From Macrostomum lignano (Eukaryota): 64,000 nt of DNA. How positions within the stretch are numbered: the stretch's first letter is position 1; the number at the start of each line of letters is the position of its first letter. The position numbers were made by a program, and so were the translations under genes. Of the stretch, positions 12,422-25,191 are shown piece after piece. The stretch is taken from positions 124,001 through 188,000 of the forward strand of contig NIVC01001873.1 in the NCBI GenBank assembly GCA_002269645.1. The letters are read 5' to 3'. A model generated the notes under the pieces. That model had not been told where the DNA came from, did no database searches, and worked only from the letters and a program-made list of their open reading frames with translations.

Positions 12422-13831
12422 AGCAAAAAATATAGGGCCTAAGCCAAGCCAACCAGAGCCAGAGTTTAATACAATTAAACTAGACTGGAGTTACAGGATT
12501 TAAAGAATTTGTAAAATAATACAAACAAAATTGAATTCTATAAAATATAGCTTTGTATTTGTAAAGATAATGTAAATAACTCGTTTCTACTTGGTTTGGA
12601 CCCGTCACCAGACAGACAGACCTACAATCAAATAAAACACAATAAACTTCTTTATTTAGGCAAATAGCAATATGCGTCATGATTGCGACTTCAGTCAATG
12701 ATATTAAGACTTAAGAGCTACAAATAAAGTTTCAGAATAAACGAGTCGAATGAACTCAAGGGTCCATCATTGTGTCCGAAATGTAACATTTGAGAATATT
12801 CATTTTTGTGGGTAAAAGAAGAACAACTGATGGCAGCAATGTTGAGCACACTGCCTTAAGTAAAAGTTAAAAACATTTTGAAATCCTTGTAAAAGCATGA
12901 TTAAAAGAGCCGTAAAACGAGTAAATTTGTTTTTTCTGATATATTATTTGTTTTGACTTAACATAAACGTTAAATCTGAGAGTTCTAATTCAATTTCTAA
13001 GTTTTTCTACGAAACACAAACATAACATGAAAATAATTGCTTTTTCATTCCATTCATTCCATTCAGTTCCATTTCATTCCATTCAGTGTGTGTGTGTATA
13101 TGTTTCTTTTGAGCAAGAGTCAACTTAAAATAATTTTACGTTAAGTTACAAGCTACAAACCTTAATTGTAATTTTTTTCAATCTCGACAGCTTGTAGTGT
13201 CTTTGATCCTCAATTACAGATTAACACTTTAATTGTAGCTCGGTACCTACCATAAACGAAGCTTGATAGTTTTTAAACGTCTCTTGGCACAGAACATTTG
13301 TACTTATATTTTTTTTAAATTTTATACGTCGCTCGTAGCTTAGCTTAGATTAATATGCAGTTCTCTCCAAATTATTTCTTACTCTATTTTAAAAAATCAG
13401 TTTTTTAATGAAAGAAAAACCTAACGATCCATTTGTAGCATTTTATTCGCCAGTAAAAAAATATAGTACGTATGAAAATTTTAATTTTTGAAAAGTAAGG
13501 TCTGAAAGCACCTAAAAAATTAACTGGTCACATAAGTAAGTCAAAATAGTTCTAATTTACTATTGCTGACTTTTTAAGTTTCTAAAAGAGTTAAATTTTT
13601 TTTTTAATGTTAGTGATTTTAACATAAGGTGCGTCCTTATATTTTTTTAAAAAAGATGCTTTAAAAATTTGTTTAATTTATTACTTTTATAACACAAATT
13701 ACAAGAGGTTTTTGAGGCAAAAAATATAGGAATCATTACTTCACAAAGCTACATATTTCAATGTGTAAAAGTGTTCATAAGAACCGTAAATAAAAAATCA
13801 ATCAAAGCCATTCCAGCAAACTGTGAACAAA

Positions 13832-14611
13832 ATGTCGTCAGAAGAAGCCAATGTCGGAGGCGCAGCCGAAAGCGCCGAAGCCGAACAGAGCGGCTACGAG
13901 TCGGTGCTCTGCGTGAAGCCCGATGTGAAAGTTTTCCGCCTACCGCCTCGCCAGTCGAATCGGGCCGTACGCGCGGCCGACTGGCAGCTGGAGTCGCCCG
14001 ATTGGTCCGGCCGGCTGCGCGTGGTGGCCAACGGCAGCCAGCTGTGGGTGCGACTGGAGGACAAGACTAGCGGAGTCCTGTTCGCCCGCTGTCCGGTGGA
14101 CGCGCATCCCGGCCTGGCCATCGAGCCCGTGGCCGACTCCAGTCGCTATTTCGTTCTGCGCATCCGCGATGACTCCGGCCGAAGCGCCTTCGTTGGCATC
14201 GGATTCGACGATCGGAGCGACGCCTTCGACTTCAACGTGGCCGTGCAGGATCACTTCAAGTGGCTGCGGCAGGAGGAGGAGGCGCGCCAGGCCGCCAAGG
14301 AGATGGAGGCCGGGCCGAAGCTGGACCTCGGCTTCAAGGAGGGCCAGACCATCAAGATCAACATCAACACTCGCCGGACTGCCGACTCGTCGACGGCCAG
14401 CGGTGGCGCCAGTGAAGCTTTGACCAAGTCGCCGAGGCGGGAAAGACAGGTGGGGGTGGCTGGTGGGGCTGGCGGCCTCGGACTGCTGCCTCCGCCGCCC
14501 AGCAGCGGGCGGAACACCCATTCCAGGGGCGGAAGCGGGGGCGGAAGCGGGGGCGGAAGCGAAGGCGGCGCTGGGAGCAACCTGCCCGATTTGCTGGACA
14601 GCCTGGGCTGA
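13832..14611 (+). CDS. NECAP: NECAP (adaptin ear-binding coat-associated protein), single exon
   Basis: PHear-domain motifs [67 protein letters not shown] and [16 protein letters not shown]. Confidence 0.95.
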   Translation: MSSEEANVGGAAESAEAEQSGYESVLCVKPDVKVFRLPPRQSNRAVRAADWQLESPDWSGRLRVVANGSQLWVRLEDKTSGVLFARCPVDAHPGLAIEPVADSSRYFVLRIRDDSGRSAFVGIGFDDRSDAFDFNVAVQDHFKWLRQEEEARQAAKEMEAGPKLDLGFKEGQTIKININTRRTADSSTASGGASEALTKSPRRERQVGVAGGAGGLGLLPPPPSSGRNTHSRGGSGGGSGGGSEGGAGSNLPDLLDSLG

Positions 14612-14799
14612 TCAGCCGTGCAACGCAAACTTCTTGCCACTTGCAATTTTTCATGAAATTCCCAACTATTTCTTGTAGAATGCAGGTAAGCCCTGCAGAA
14701 GTGTATGCCATAGATATTCACTTGTGGATTTCAGCTGAATTTAAGCCTTTTTCCGCTCATCAGCCTCTCTCTCAGTGTTTGTCTAAGTGTTTGTATTTT

Positions 14800-14897
14800 G
14801 TGTCTGTCTGCCTGTCTGTCTGTCTGTCTGTGTGTGTCTGTCTGTCTGTCTGTCTGTCTGTGTGTCTGTGTGTGTGTCTGTCTGTCTGTCTGTCTGT

Positions 14898-14940
<43 letters not shown>

Positions 14941-14948
14941 TGTCTGTA

Positions 14949-14979
<31 letters not shown>

Positions 14980-15018
14980 ATGTCTGTCTTTCTGTCTGTG
15001 TGTGTGTGTGTGTGTGTG

Positions 15019-15099
<81 letters not shown>

Positions 15100-15106
15100 G
15101 CCTGCC

Positions 15107-15189
<83 letters not shown>

Positions 15190-15234
15190 GTGTGTCTATC
15201 TGTCTGTCTGTGTGTCTGTATGTGTGTGTGTCTA

Positions 15235-15272
<38 letters not shown>
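14800..15272. repeat. (TCTG)n/(TG)n microsatellite
   Basis: Directly visible. Confidence 0.97.
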
Positions 15273-15273
<1 letters not shown>

Positions 15274-16134
15274 GATGCTTTTTAGGGCCCCGTTTTGAAC
15301 TGGTACAAACGGTCCAACAGAAAATCAAATTTTGGCACGTTCCCTCAAATTTCATTGCAAGATTTGTCTCCTAATTATGCTGTCATGTTTATTGACTTGC
15401 AGTTATTCCCATTCTCATAATTAACCAGCTTTAAGAAATGGCGATTCTACCTCTACTTCCGCACTATGACCATATATCTTCGTTTAAATTCAATTCGCTT
15501 TGTTTCTAGTCGCTCGGTCTCCACACAAAATTAGCTTTTAGAATGTTTTTAACTCTACTTTCAGTAGTTTTAGTGAAAGTAGAGCGATTTCTGTTCTATT
15601 TTAAATTTGTATTCAATTTACGACACGTATCAAAAGAAACTTTATTATCATAGAAAATTTTTACTTTTGTAAAATATTTTAGCTACGGGTATGTCAGTCG
15701 ATATTATTCCGCCAGTACATTTCAGCAAAATTTGATTGCAGTCAGTCTTGTAGTCCGTTTATCAATTTTTTTAGCAATTATGCACACGCGTACTTAGCAT
15801 TAATTTTTGTTTTGCATCTACATTCACAAATCATTTTTAGCTCGAATTATGTTATCATTCACAAAGTGAAAACACTTTTACGCATAATAATTCATAAAAT
15901 ACATCAAGACGGCTGCGTATGCTTTTACCCATCTCGCAATTGTTTTTAATGAAGAAACTCTTTCTCTTGTCATGACTTTCTTCATTCATTCGAAACTGCA
16001 GAATCATAAATAAGCAGACTGTCAGAGATTTAATTTAGACTGCTGAGAAAAGTAGACTAAATGACGAATAAAGCCTTATATCATAAAGACTCTAAAACAG
16101 AAAGACAGACAGACAGACAGACAGACAGACACTA

Positions 16135-16181
<47 letters not shown>

Positions 16182-17811
16182 TAGACAGGCAGGCGTTCAA
16201 GCAAGCAGGCAGGCAGGCAGGCAGGCAGGCATGAAACGTTATCAAAAACAACCCAAGTAAACGCACTTTTCTGGAGTGGAGAATGAGAGCAACTCAACAG
16301 CCATGCCACTCAGGCTTGCTTATATCCCCACTAATTAACTCGTCCCCCGTAGCTTTGGATCCTAAACTGTTTAGTAGAGTAAATTCTGTTCTCTTAACTA
16401 TAGGAGGGGATAGTGAAGCTAAAAAATAACTGCAACAGAATTTGAGGCTTGCTTGCCTGAGATGGGGTAGCATTGCAAGTCACGTGCCTGTAACACAACC
16501 TGCACAGGGGGATGAATGAACAGTATGAAGGGAGGAACGGGGAGAGATGCAATTGCAGATGTTTAATTTATCTAGCAGTTGGGCACCTGGAGAGTGACTT
16601 ATCCGCTGCTATGATAAAAAAAATTAATTGCTGTGTTGACAGCCCCCCTTCCTGATGCAGTGTTATTGTATCAAACTAAGCAATAGGGATAAGAAAGGAT
16701 AAGAACTTTAAAAAAATTATGTTACGTTATTATGTTACGATAATGAGTCAATCACATTTTGTATTTCTCTGCGGCACGTATGCGGGTATGCACGTATTGC
16801 CTTAGTTAAAGCCAAGACATTTAGACTTTGGTAAAAGTGACTTCAATTAGGCAGCCCATAGAGAAAGCTTCTGCCGGCAAGGCAACATGTCTATGGTAAA
16901 CTCAAGGACCACTAGAAGTTGCCGTTTTGCCTGAAAGCGAACTTAAATACAAATGAAGTTGTGATAGTGTACATGTTTTTAGTTGACTCTAACTTTTCAT
17001 TTTTTCATTAATTACTTTGATTGTTGGAGTCCATGACGGGCTGGTGTGCCAAGATTTCGGAAATATTGCCTTTATGATTCTGAGCTTCTGAGCTATATCC
17101 AGTTATATTATTCATCCATGGCTACAGAGGACTAAATTGGATGTCCGCAAGATTGAATCAACTAAAAGTTTTTTACCATGCCAAATTTGGGATTAGTTGT
17201 CTTTAGGGCGTGGGGCTTGGGAGAGAGAGAGAGAATATTCTCATCCGTGCTTGTCCAGCGTTACCTCACCTGGCCGTATTGCAGGAGTTTGACGTCATTG
17301 AATTTTATAGGGAAAAAGTTACAATGGCAAGTTAGATGCGCTGCTGCTGCATCGTCAAGTTTGGATGTTTATCTAGTGCTTATTTATATATTTTATTTCG
17401 TTAGGATGATTTTGGCCAAAAAAACCCGACAACGGAGCTTAGTTGTTTATGCATCATCGGATATCGGATGAAATGAGGCAATGAGAAATATGACAGTTGC
17501 TTACGAGTAGAGTCTGTGTCTCAAGTACCAGGATCAGGTAAGCCGATTTATGGGGAAATTATTAATTATTTTCAACAGTCCATAGTGTTGTGCCACTTGC
17601 TTAAGATATCAAAGTAACAAATATTTAACTAAGAAAAGTAAAAGACAGCAACTGTTTACCAATGTTAGTACTCATATTTATAAATAAAAGGAAACTTGGG
17701 TGCACTTTGAGTCAGCTTCAGATAGAATAGTGTTCTTTTATCGATGTTTATCGGTCGGACATTGTTGGCGTCAGATTTATCTTCATCATGACGCTGACGC
17801 TGCTCAGCAAT

Positions 17812-18779
17812 TCAGCCACGAGAATAATAGTCTCCAGTCGTGCTGTTTAGGCTGGTCGATGGATAGGCAAACCTGAGCAGGAGGCACTGCTGCTCATTAT
17901 GAATCACAGCCTGGCAATCAACATTGATCTCGCATTCGGCCAAGCAAAGAATGTCGTTTCTAGCAGTGACGGTCCAGTAAGTCGTATTGGCGGTGACTAC
18001 TGTCTTAGCCGGTCTGTCGATCTTCGTGAACGTTTTGTTATCTGCAGAGTATTTGGCATTCTAGCATTTAGTGATTTATTCAGCTGTCAACAGTAGGAAT
18101 GCCAAGCCATTTTCCGCCCGTCGAACTACCAAGGGGCGGGGGAGAATTCCCACCCCCAGACATTTTTTTAATTTTGTGTACCTGCATGCGTTGCTCCGTT
18201 CCGGCGTCAGGAGGGAGGAGAATCTCCCCTCTTGCTAGCTCTACTGTTAATGAATTAGCATTTGATCTAGTTTGGCATTGTCGGCACAGGTGCGCTTAAT
18301 GCGTTCAAAATTTACTGCAAATCTTGGTTGCTAAGGGCAATATGAATAGCTACCAGCTCGTATTATTGAAACTACTGCTCACAAGGATACTCGATAGCGT
18401 AGATGGAGTTCCTGTAGGGGCCTCCGCACTTCTGGGCCGAGTTGCCCGAGCACACTCTGTTGCAGTCCGAGTCAGCGCTCGCTCCATTACGTCCGTAAGA
18501 GTTGTCGCAGAAACAATAAGCGCTTAGACCGACGCCAAAGTAGCGATAACCGCCGATTGAGCAGATGCCGCTACAGAGCTCGTGCGTCATATCGGTGTTG
18601 CTGACTACTCCAGAATCGGTAGTGCTGTAATCGCCAATGCTGGTTATTGTTGATAGGCCCCTTAAGTCTCTGCTAGCACCTGCGTAGTCAATGTAGCAGC
18701 CTACGTAGCTGAGTCGAACAATTCTGCCAGTCGCGCAGGCGAGTAGAGCGCTCAAGATCACGCTGCAGAATGGCGTCAT
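17812..18779 (-). CDS. Secreted WSC-domain protein with a C-terminal PAN/apple-like cysteine module, two exons
   Basis: Exon 1 (18383-18779) encodes a signal peptide MTPFCSVILSALLACATG and a WSC domain (YVGCYID...MTHELCSGIC...YFGVGLSAYCFCDN...CNRVCSGNSAQKCGGPYRNSIY), with donor T|gtgagc. Exon 2 (17812-18041, acceptor ctgcag|) is in frame: YNKTFTKIDRPAKTVVTANTTYWTVTARNDILCLAECEINVDCQAVIHNEQQCLLLRFAYPSTSLNSTTGDYYSRG*. Confidence 0.85.
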
Positions 18780-19269
18780 TTTTGCCTTGGCCAAAGACGG
18801 AACTGAGTGCTGAAAACTGCCGCTTTGCTGCTTTGCTTCAACCCGCGCTTATTTTATTTTGTTATGACAACTGAGGAACTGCTGTAAACTACTCCGCATT
18901 TTTTGTCTCATTGGATGGCTATAGATTATCGGACGGTAGTTGATATTACGCGCCCGCGCAAAGGAAATAGAGAAATGTCTATGGCTGTTTACTTTCTACT
19001 GACAAGTAGCAAAGGGAGAGCATAAATGGCAGAGCTCATTGTGATTGCTGTGAGTCTTATCAATATTAGCAGACAGACTATGCTAGCTGGCCACTATAAG
19101 AGACAGAGCAGCTCTGATTCAGGGCAAGGCCACATTCATTAGGAAACGGGGTAAGGGCCAACTCCCAAGGCTCAGAGAGTGTACATGCTTGATGAATAGA
19201 AAGTCAGGGCCGCTGTACACCCTGTGTGAGCGTGTGCCTGCGTACAGTATTGGCGCGCTTGCATGTGCT

Positions 19270-19476
19270 CAGAAGTCAGCGGGATGGGCTGAACTGCCTC
19301 AGCGCTGGTTGCCCGACGATTTCGCTGAATTGGAGAAGACGACGACTCAGTTGCTAAGGACGCCAGTCTCGTTGCTAACGAAGCAGCAACTGAAGTGGAT
19401 TGTGAAAAATGGCCGTCAAGGAGAAGCAGCGGTTGCTAAGTGGCTGTCAAACAGGGTTGAACTGGGCGATGCTTGA
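19270..19476 (+). CDS. Possible orphan terminal coding exon, unassigned
   Basis: Protein-like ORF (KSAGWAELPQRWLPDDFAELEKTTTQLLRTPVSLLTKQQLKWIVKNGRQGEAAVAKWLSNRVELGDA*) after a candidate acceptor gctcag|. No family recognised and no upstream exon found. Confidence 0.25.
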   Translation, partial: QKSAGWAELPQRWLPDDFAELEKTTTQLLRTPVSLLTKQQLKWIVKNGRQGEAAVAKWLSNRVELGDA

Positions 19477-19489
19477 TCGACAGCTTTCT

Positions 19490-19540
19490 TGATTAATTAA
19501 TCGATTGATTGATTGACTGATTGATTTATTGATTGTTTGG

Positions 19541-19573
<33 letters not shown>

Positions 19574-19604
19574 CGATCAATTGATCGATTTATTGATTGT
19601 TTGG

Positions 19605-19642
<38 letters not shown>

Positions 19643-19643
19643 A

Positions 19644-19690
<47 letters not shown>

Positions 19691-19691
19691 A

Positions 19692-19725
<34 letters not shown>

Positions 19726-19768
19726 TGATTGATTGACTGATTGATTAATTGATTGTTTGATTGATTGG

Positions 19769-19829
<61 letters not shown>

Positions 19830-19883
19830 CTATTGATCGATTGATTGATTGATTGGTTGATTGATTGATAAATTGATTGATAA

Positions 19884-19929
<46 letters not shown>

Positions 19930-20110
19930 CGATTGATTGATTGATTGGTTGATTGATTGATAAATTGATTGATAAATTGATTGATAAATTGATTGATCGA
20001 TTGATCGATTGATTGATTGATTGGTTGATTGATTGATTGGTTGATTGATTGATTGACTGATTAATTAATTGATGCATTGATTGATTGACTGATTGATTGA
20101 TTGATTGACA
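19490..20110. repeat. (ATTG)n microsatellite
   Basis: Directly visible. Confidence 0.97.
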
Positions 20111-20195
20111 GTAGAGACAGCTGATTAGTGAATGGTGGCCTTTTGTTTTATGCGCTCGAAGTTAAATGAATGAGCTGACTGGATTGCCAATTAGA

Positions 20196-20262
<67 letters not shown>

Positions 20263-20277
20263 CACACACACACACAC

Positions 20278-20326
<49 letters not shown>

Positions 20327-20387
20327 AAGACAGACAGACAGACAGGCAGGCAGGCAGACAGACAGGCAGGCAGGCAGGCAGGCAGGC

Positions 20388-20464
<77 letters not shown>

Positions 20465-20479
20465 CACACACACACACAC

Positions 20480-20528
<49 letters not shown>

Positions 20529-20582
20529 AAGACAGACAGACAGACAGGCAGGCAGGCAGACAGACAGACAGACAGACAGACA

Positions 20583-20654
<72 letters not shown>

Positions 20655-20657
20655 CAC

Positions 20658-20714
<57 letters not shown>

Positions 20715-20757
20715 AAGACAGAGACAGACAGACAGACAGACAGACAGAGAGACAGAA

Positions 20758-20789
<32 letters not shown>

Positions 20790-20790
20790 C

Positions 20791-20838
<48 letters not shown>

Positions 20839-20841
20839 GGC

Positions 20842-20888
<47 letters not shown>

Positions 20889-20917
20889 AAGACAGACAGA
20901 CAGACAGGCAGGCAGGC

Positions 20918-20958
<41 letters not shown>

Positions 20959-21041
20959 CACAGACACATACACACAGACAGACACACAGACAGACACACA
21001 GACACATACACACAGACAGACACACAGACAGACAGACAGAC
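20196..21041. repeat. (ACAG)n microsatellite
   Basis: Directly visible. Confidence 0.97.
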
Positions 21042-21042
21042 T

Positions 21043-21430
21043 TTGGTGCGAGTGAATCAGGTGAGAGTGAATCGGGTGAGAGTGAATAGGGTGAGAGTGA
21101 ATCGGGTGCGAGCGAATAGGCTGAGAGTGAATCGGGTGAGAGTGAATCGGGTGCGAGCGAATAGGCTGAGAGTGAATCGGGTGAGAGTGAATAGGGTGAG
21201 AGTGAATCGGGTGAGAGTGAATAGGCTGAGAGTGAATCGGGTGCGAGTGAATCGGGTGCGAGCGAATAGGCTGAGAGTGAATTGGGTGAGAGTGAATAGG
21301 CTGAGAGTGAATCGGGTGCGAGTGAATCTATAGGCTGAGAGTGAATCGGGTGAGAGTGAATCCATAGGCTGAGAGTGAATCGGGTGAGAGTGAATAGGCT
21401 GAGAGTGAATCGGGTGAGAGTGAATCGGAG
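21043..21430. repeat. 15-bp minisatellite (gagagtgaatcgggt)
   Basis: Directly visible. Confidence 0.95.
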
Positions 21431-22119
21431 TAGAGTACAAATATGTGTGAAATGTGTGGCTGGTGAGTATTTCTAATCATATAGTTATTAGTAAATATAA
21501 AGAGGTGCCTACTTCAAAGCAGCCAATCCGTCCCCAACATCTCGTCAAAGTTTCTCGTCCCCAGGAGTAAACAAAAATATGAAGTGCACGCATTTGATTG
21601 ATGCAGCATCAAAGAGGTCAAATAACTACAGAAGCCGGTGAGCAATCCAGCCAAAGAAGACCGATCAGAGAGCTCTCGGAGACTGAGAGAAATCAGTTTG
21701 TAGAGATGCAATCGATGGGAGCTCGAGTTGGAGCAACTAGCGGGAAAATCGATTCACTCACTTGTCTCGTACAAGCAGGTCTGCTGGTGAACTGCATGCT
21801 AAAGCAGATGATAGGTGAAATTACACTGTAATGGATCCCGCTAGGGTCTGTCTTTTTTGCTTTCATCCGCCAGCTACTAGAAGAGGCGCTTTCCCAATGC
21901 CGCTCTCACGCCTCGCTGATCCCTTTGCCCTACCCCAGTTTCCTTTCCCCCCTTTTTTCGATTCTCCATCGACTCACCTTTATCTGCCGCCTCCTGCCCG
22001 TCCTCTCTGCTGCTCCTGCTCCGCCTCACTTCCTGCTTTGATTTGAGTTCGCAGCTTTCCTGCCTGCTTTCTGTGCCTAATTCTTGCATTCTAAAACTGC
22101 TACCCCATGATGCTCTGCT

Positions 22120-22337
22120 CGAGTGCATCTCAACTCCCTGCATCTCAACTCCCTGCATCTCAACTCCCTGCATCTCAACTCCCTGCATCTCAACTACCTG
22201 CATCTCAACTCCCTGCATCTCAACTCCCTGCATCTCAACTCCCTGCATCTCAACTCCCTGCATCTCAACTCCCTGCATCTCAACTCCCTGCATCTCAACT
22301 CCCTGCATCTCAACTCCCTGCATCTCAACTCCCTGCA
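22120..22337. repeat. 15-bp minisatellite (ctgcatctcaactcc)
   Basis: Near-perfect array of about 14 copies. Confidence 0.95.
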
Positions 22338-22697
22338 TTTATGATCCCTTCCCTTTCTACCCAGCCTATCAAACACCTCAAATCTTCTCACTCTCTGCCA
22401 CTCCAAAATATTCTCCCCAAAATTTTTCCAACTCTCGTGTGATTTCCGGAACCGTCCCTGGGCCGTCCCTATTTTTCATTAATTTCCTTTTACCCACTCC
22501 CCTCGGCCCTCAGCCCTTGCTTGGCAATCAGGACTGCCTTTGACTCCCACAGCACATACTATTAGCGTTGCGCTCTGGCAGCGCCGGATTACATCATCAG
22601 CCATCAGCCTCTCCCCATCGGCCGAGGTGCCGCGAAATGCAATATTCACCAACCCCATGCATCTCTTCTCTTTCTTCCACTTCGCAGTTCTATAGCC

Positions 22698-22976
22698 AAT
22701 GCCCGATACAGAAGGGCCAAAGGGGTCAGCTGACCTTCCCTGAGAAAACCATGGGGGTCATAAGCAGAACTACCCAATGCCGGATACAGGAGGGTCAAAG
22801 GGGTCAGCTGACTTTCCCTGAGAAAACCATGGGGGTCATAAGCAGAACTACCCAATGCCGGATACAGGAGGGTCAAAGGGGTCAGCTGACTTTCCCTGAG
22901 AAAACCATGGGGGTCATAAGCAGAACTACCCAATGCCGGATACAGGAGGGTCAAAGGGGTCAGCTGACTTTCCCCT
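22698..22976. repeat. 78-bp tandem repeat, about 3.5 copies
   Basis: Unit caatgccggatacaggagggtc...cagaactacc. Confidence 0.92.
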
Positions 22977-23649
22977 AAGAAAATCATGGGGGACCAATGG
23001 GGGAATGAAGGACCAATCCTGAGCATTTATATTTAGTCAATACTCAGGGGAGAATATTCCCTTCACAGCTAGTAGGACTCAATGAGTCATTTTTAGGACC
23101 TCAGAGGCTGGGTAGGGGGTTGATGAAGCAGAAGTGATGGCAGGCTTGGGGGTGGGCAGAGCAGAGCTTGTTGCTCCCCAGGGACTCAAAATCTGGGTTG
23201 TCGATTTGGCGCCGCGGCTGTCCATCTTCTTTTACGAGCCCAGTAGCTGTCGGTGGTGCCTCAGTCAAGAGCTGCCATAGTTACTTGCAGTCTGAGAGCT
23301 CATTGGCTCAAAGGTTTAGGGGGGACCCTCTCTGAGTCAACTCCCAGAGCTAACTAGGTAGAGCATTTCCTGACTAATCAGACATCTTATTGATTTTAGA
23401 AAACGAATTGTAGAAACATTACTGATAAAAAATCAAATCATTTTTGTGTGCAGGACACTAGTTTTATTAATCAGACTGTCCGTCTAAGTTATCGATTTTA
23501 CTGTGATATTTGATCAATGTTTTTCATAGGTTGAGTTGATTGACCAAAAACAGTGCAAGTTTAATATGCTGAGTTTCTGGGGGGGAGGTTGCCTGAAGAA
23601 ATAGACAAGTCTGATGATGCTGGGAAGCTGCGGCATACCAGGGGGCGCC

Positions 23650-23780
23650 AAGGTTCGGGTTGTGGCGCCAGGTTCGGGTTGTGGCGCAAGGTTCGGGTTG
23701 TGGCGCCAAGGTTCGGGTTGTGGCGCCAAGGTTCGGGTTGTGGCGCCAAGGTTCGGGTTGTGGCGCCAAGGTTCGGGACG
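23650..23780. repeat. 20-bp minisatellite (tggcgccaaggttcgggttg)
   Basis: Directly visible. Confidence 0.9.
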
Positions 23781-23988
23781 CCGGGTCGCCGGAGTTTAGG
23801 AGTTTAGGGGGGTTTGGGTCGTGGGGGATTGGAGGCGCCGGGGTTTGGGGCGCCGGAGATTGGGGCGCTGGGGTTCTCAATGCCACAGAGTTAAAAAAAA
23901 GCACAAATTAAAATTTCACAAACAACCCCGCTAATCAGACAGATAAAATCCGTTAAAAAGGCATAACAAGTGACGCAGCCCCGTCATC

Positions 23989-25191
23989 TCAGATGATCTC
24001 CGTCTGCTCCCAGTCGTCGGGTACAATCGGTTGGAGCTGCTCTCGCTGTCTCCGCGCCGGCGCCTGTCGAAGAATCGACCGAGTCAGGAAGCGCCGGAAT
24101 CCGGCGTCGGACAGGCAGAGGGCGCAGAAGTTGACGGTGGCGGCGCTGAGCGGCACCAGCGCGTACTCGGTGGCGTACTGAGCCACCGTGAGCCGGCCGA
24201 TGCGGGCCCAGTGCGAGCGAAACGCCGGATCGGCTTCGTCGTACAGACCGTTGGCCAGGCGGACCTTCAGCCTGTCGGCGTGGGCGGTCATGAACAGGGT
24301 GTACACCACGGGAGCTGGCGCGGTCAGCACCAGGTAGGCGAAGGCGAGGCCCAACTGGCCGAAAGCCCGGCTCAGCTGACTGCCGGCCAATGACATCGAG
24401 TCGGTCGTGTCGGAATCGGCCTCCTGATGCTGCTGAGGATGGCGCAGCTGCTGCTGCTGGAGCTCCTCGGCCTGGCACTGGTGCAGGCTCTGGTAGGCGC
24501 CTTTCTTGAACAGCAGCCAGCAGGTGGCGAGGCTCAGCAGGCAGACCAGGCTGTAGGGCAGCAAACTTCTTACCAGGGCGTTGAGCAACGGCTTCACCTG
24601 AGTGACGTAGGCCAGGTTGGCAGCGAAGTTGTGCAGCCGTACGTAGTGCACGCACTGCCTGCCGACTGTTGACTTGGCGGGGGCCGCCGCCTCGTCACCG
24701 ATGATGAGCATGCAGTTGAAGATGCAGGCAAAGCAGAACGCGCACAGGGCCATGATTGACAGCTTGCGTCTGGGCAGCTCTTTGTGTGCCTGCTGCCCCT
24801 GCGCCTGCTGCTGTGGGTCCGGGTGTCGGCGGAACAACGAGTACACGGCCAGGAAGCGCTCGACGCTAAGGATCACTACGATGAAAGCTGACGACTCCAC
24901 GGCTAGGTTGAGCAGGTAGGCTTGGAATTTGCACCACAGATCGGACCCGGGTCCCGGCTTCAAGTCCTGGTCGTGCTCCATGTAGCGATCGGTGAACAGC
25001 ACCAGACAGGAGGTCGCCAGGATCAGACTGTCGAAGCACGCTAGCAGGCCGATGAGCAGGTTGCGGCCCACCTGGCGGGCCGGGCGGCTGCGTGCGAAAT
25101 GAGCGATGATCAGGCCGTTGAGGGCCAGCCCAAGCACGACAACTGCCGGCAGCGCGACCTTCGGGTTCGGGCAGGTGGGGATTGGCGACAT
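23989..25191 (-). CDS. Class A (rhodopsin-like) 7TM GPCR, orphan peptide-receptor-like
   Basis: Seven hydrophobic segments; TM1 GLALNGL, TM2 LACFDSLIL, Cys at the top of TM3 (WCKFQAYL), DRY-like SVERFLAV, ECL2 Cys, TM6 YLVLTAPAP and TM7 TVNFCALCLSDAGFRRFL. The N-terminus is very short (see findings). Confidence 0.9.
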   Translation of the reverse strand: MSPIPTCPNPKVALPAVVVLGLALNGLIIAHFARSRPARQVGRNLLIGLLACFDSLILATSCLVLFTDRYMEHDQDLKPGPGSDLWCKFQAYLLNLAVESSAFIVVILSVERFLAVYSLFRRHPDPQQQAQGQQAHKELPRRKLSIMALCAFCFACIFNCMLIIGDEAAAPAKSTVGRQCVHYVRLHNFAANLAYVTQVKPLLNALVRSLLPYSLVCLLSLATCWLLFKKGAYQSLHQCQAEELQQQQLRHPQQHQEADSDTTDSMSLAGSQLSRAFGQLGLAFAYLVLTAPAPVVYTLFMTAHADRLKVRLANGLYDEADPAFRSHWARIGRLTVAQYATEYALVPLSAATVNFCALCLSDAGFRRFLTRSILRQAPARRQREQLQPIVPDDWEQTEII

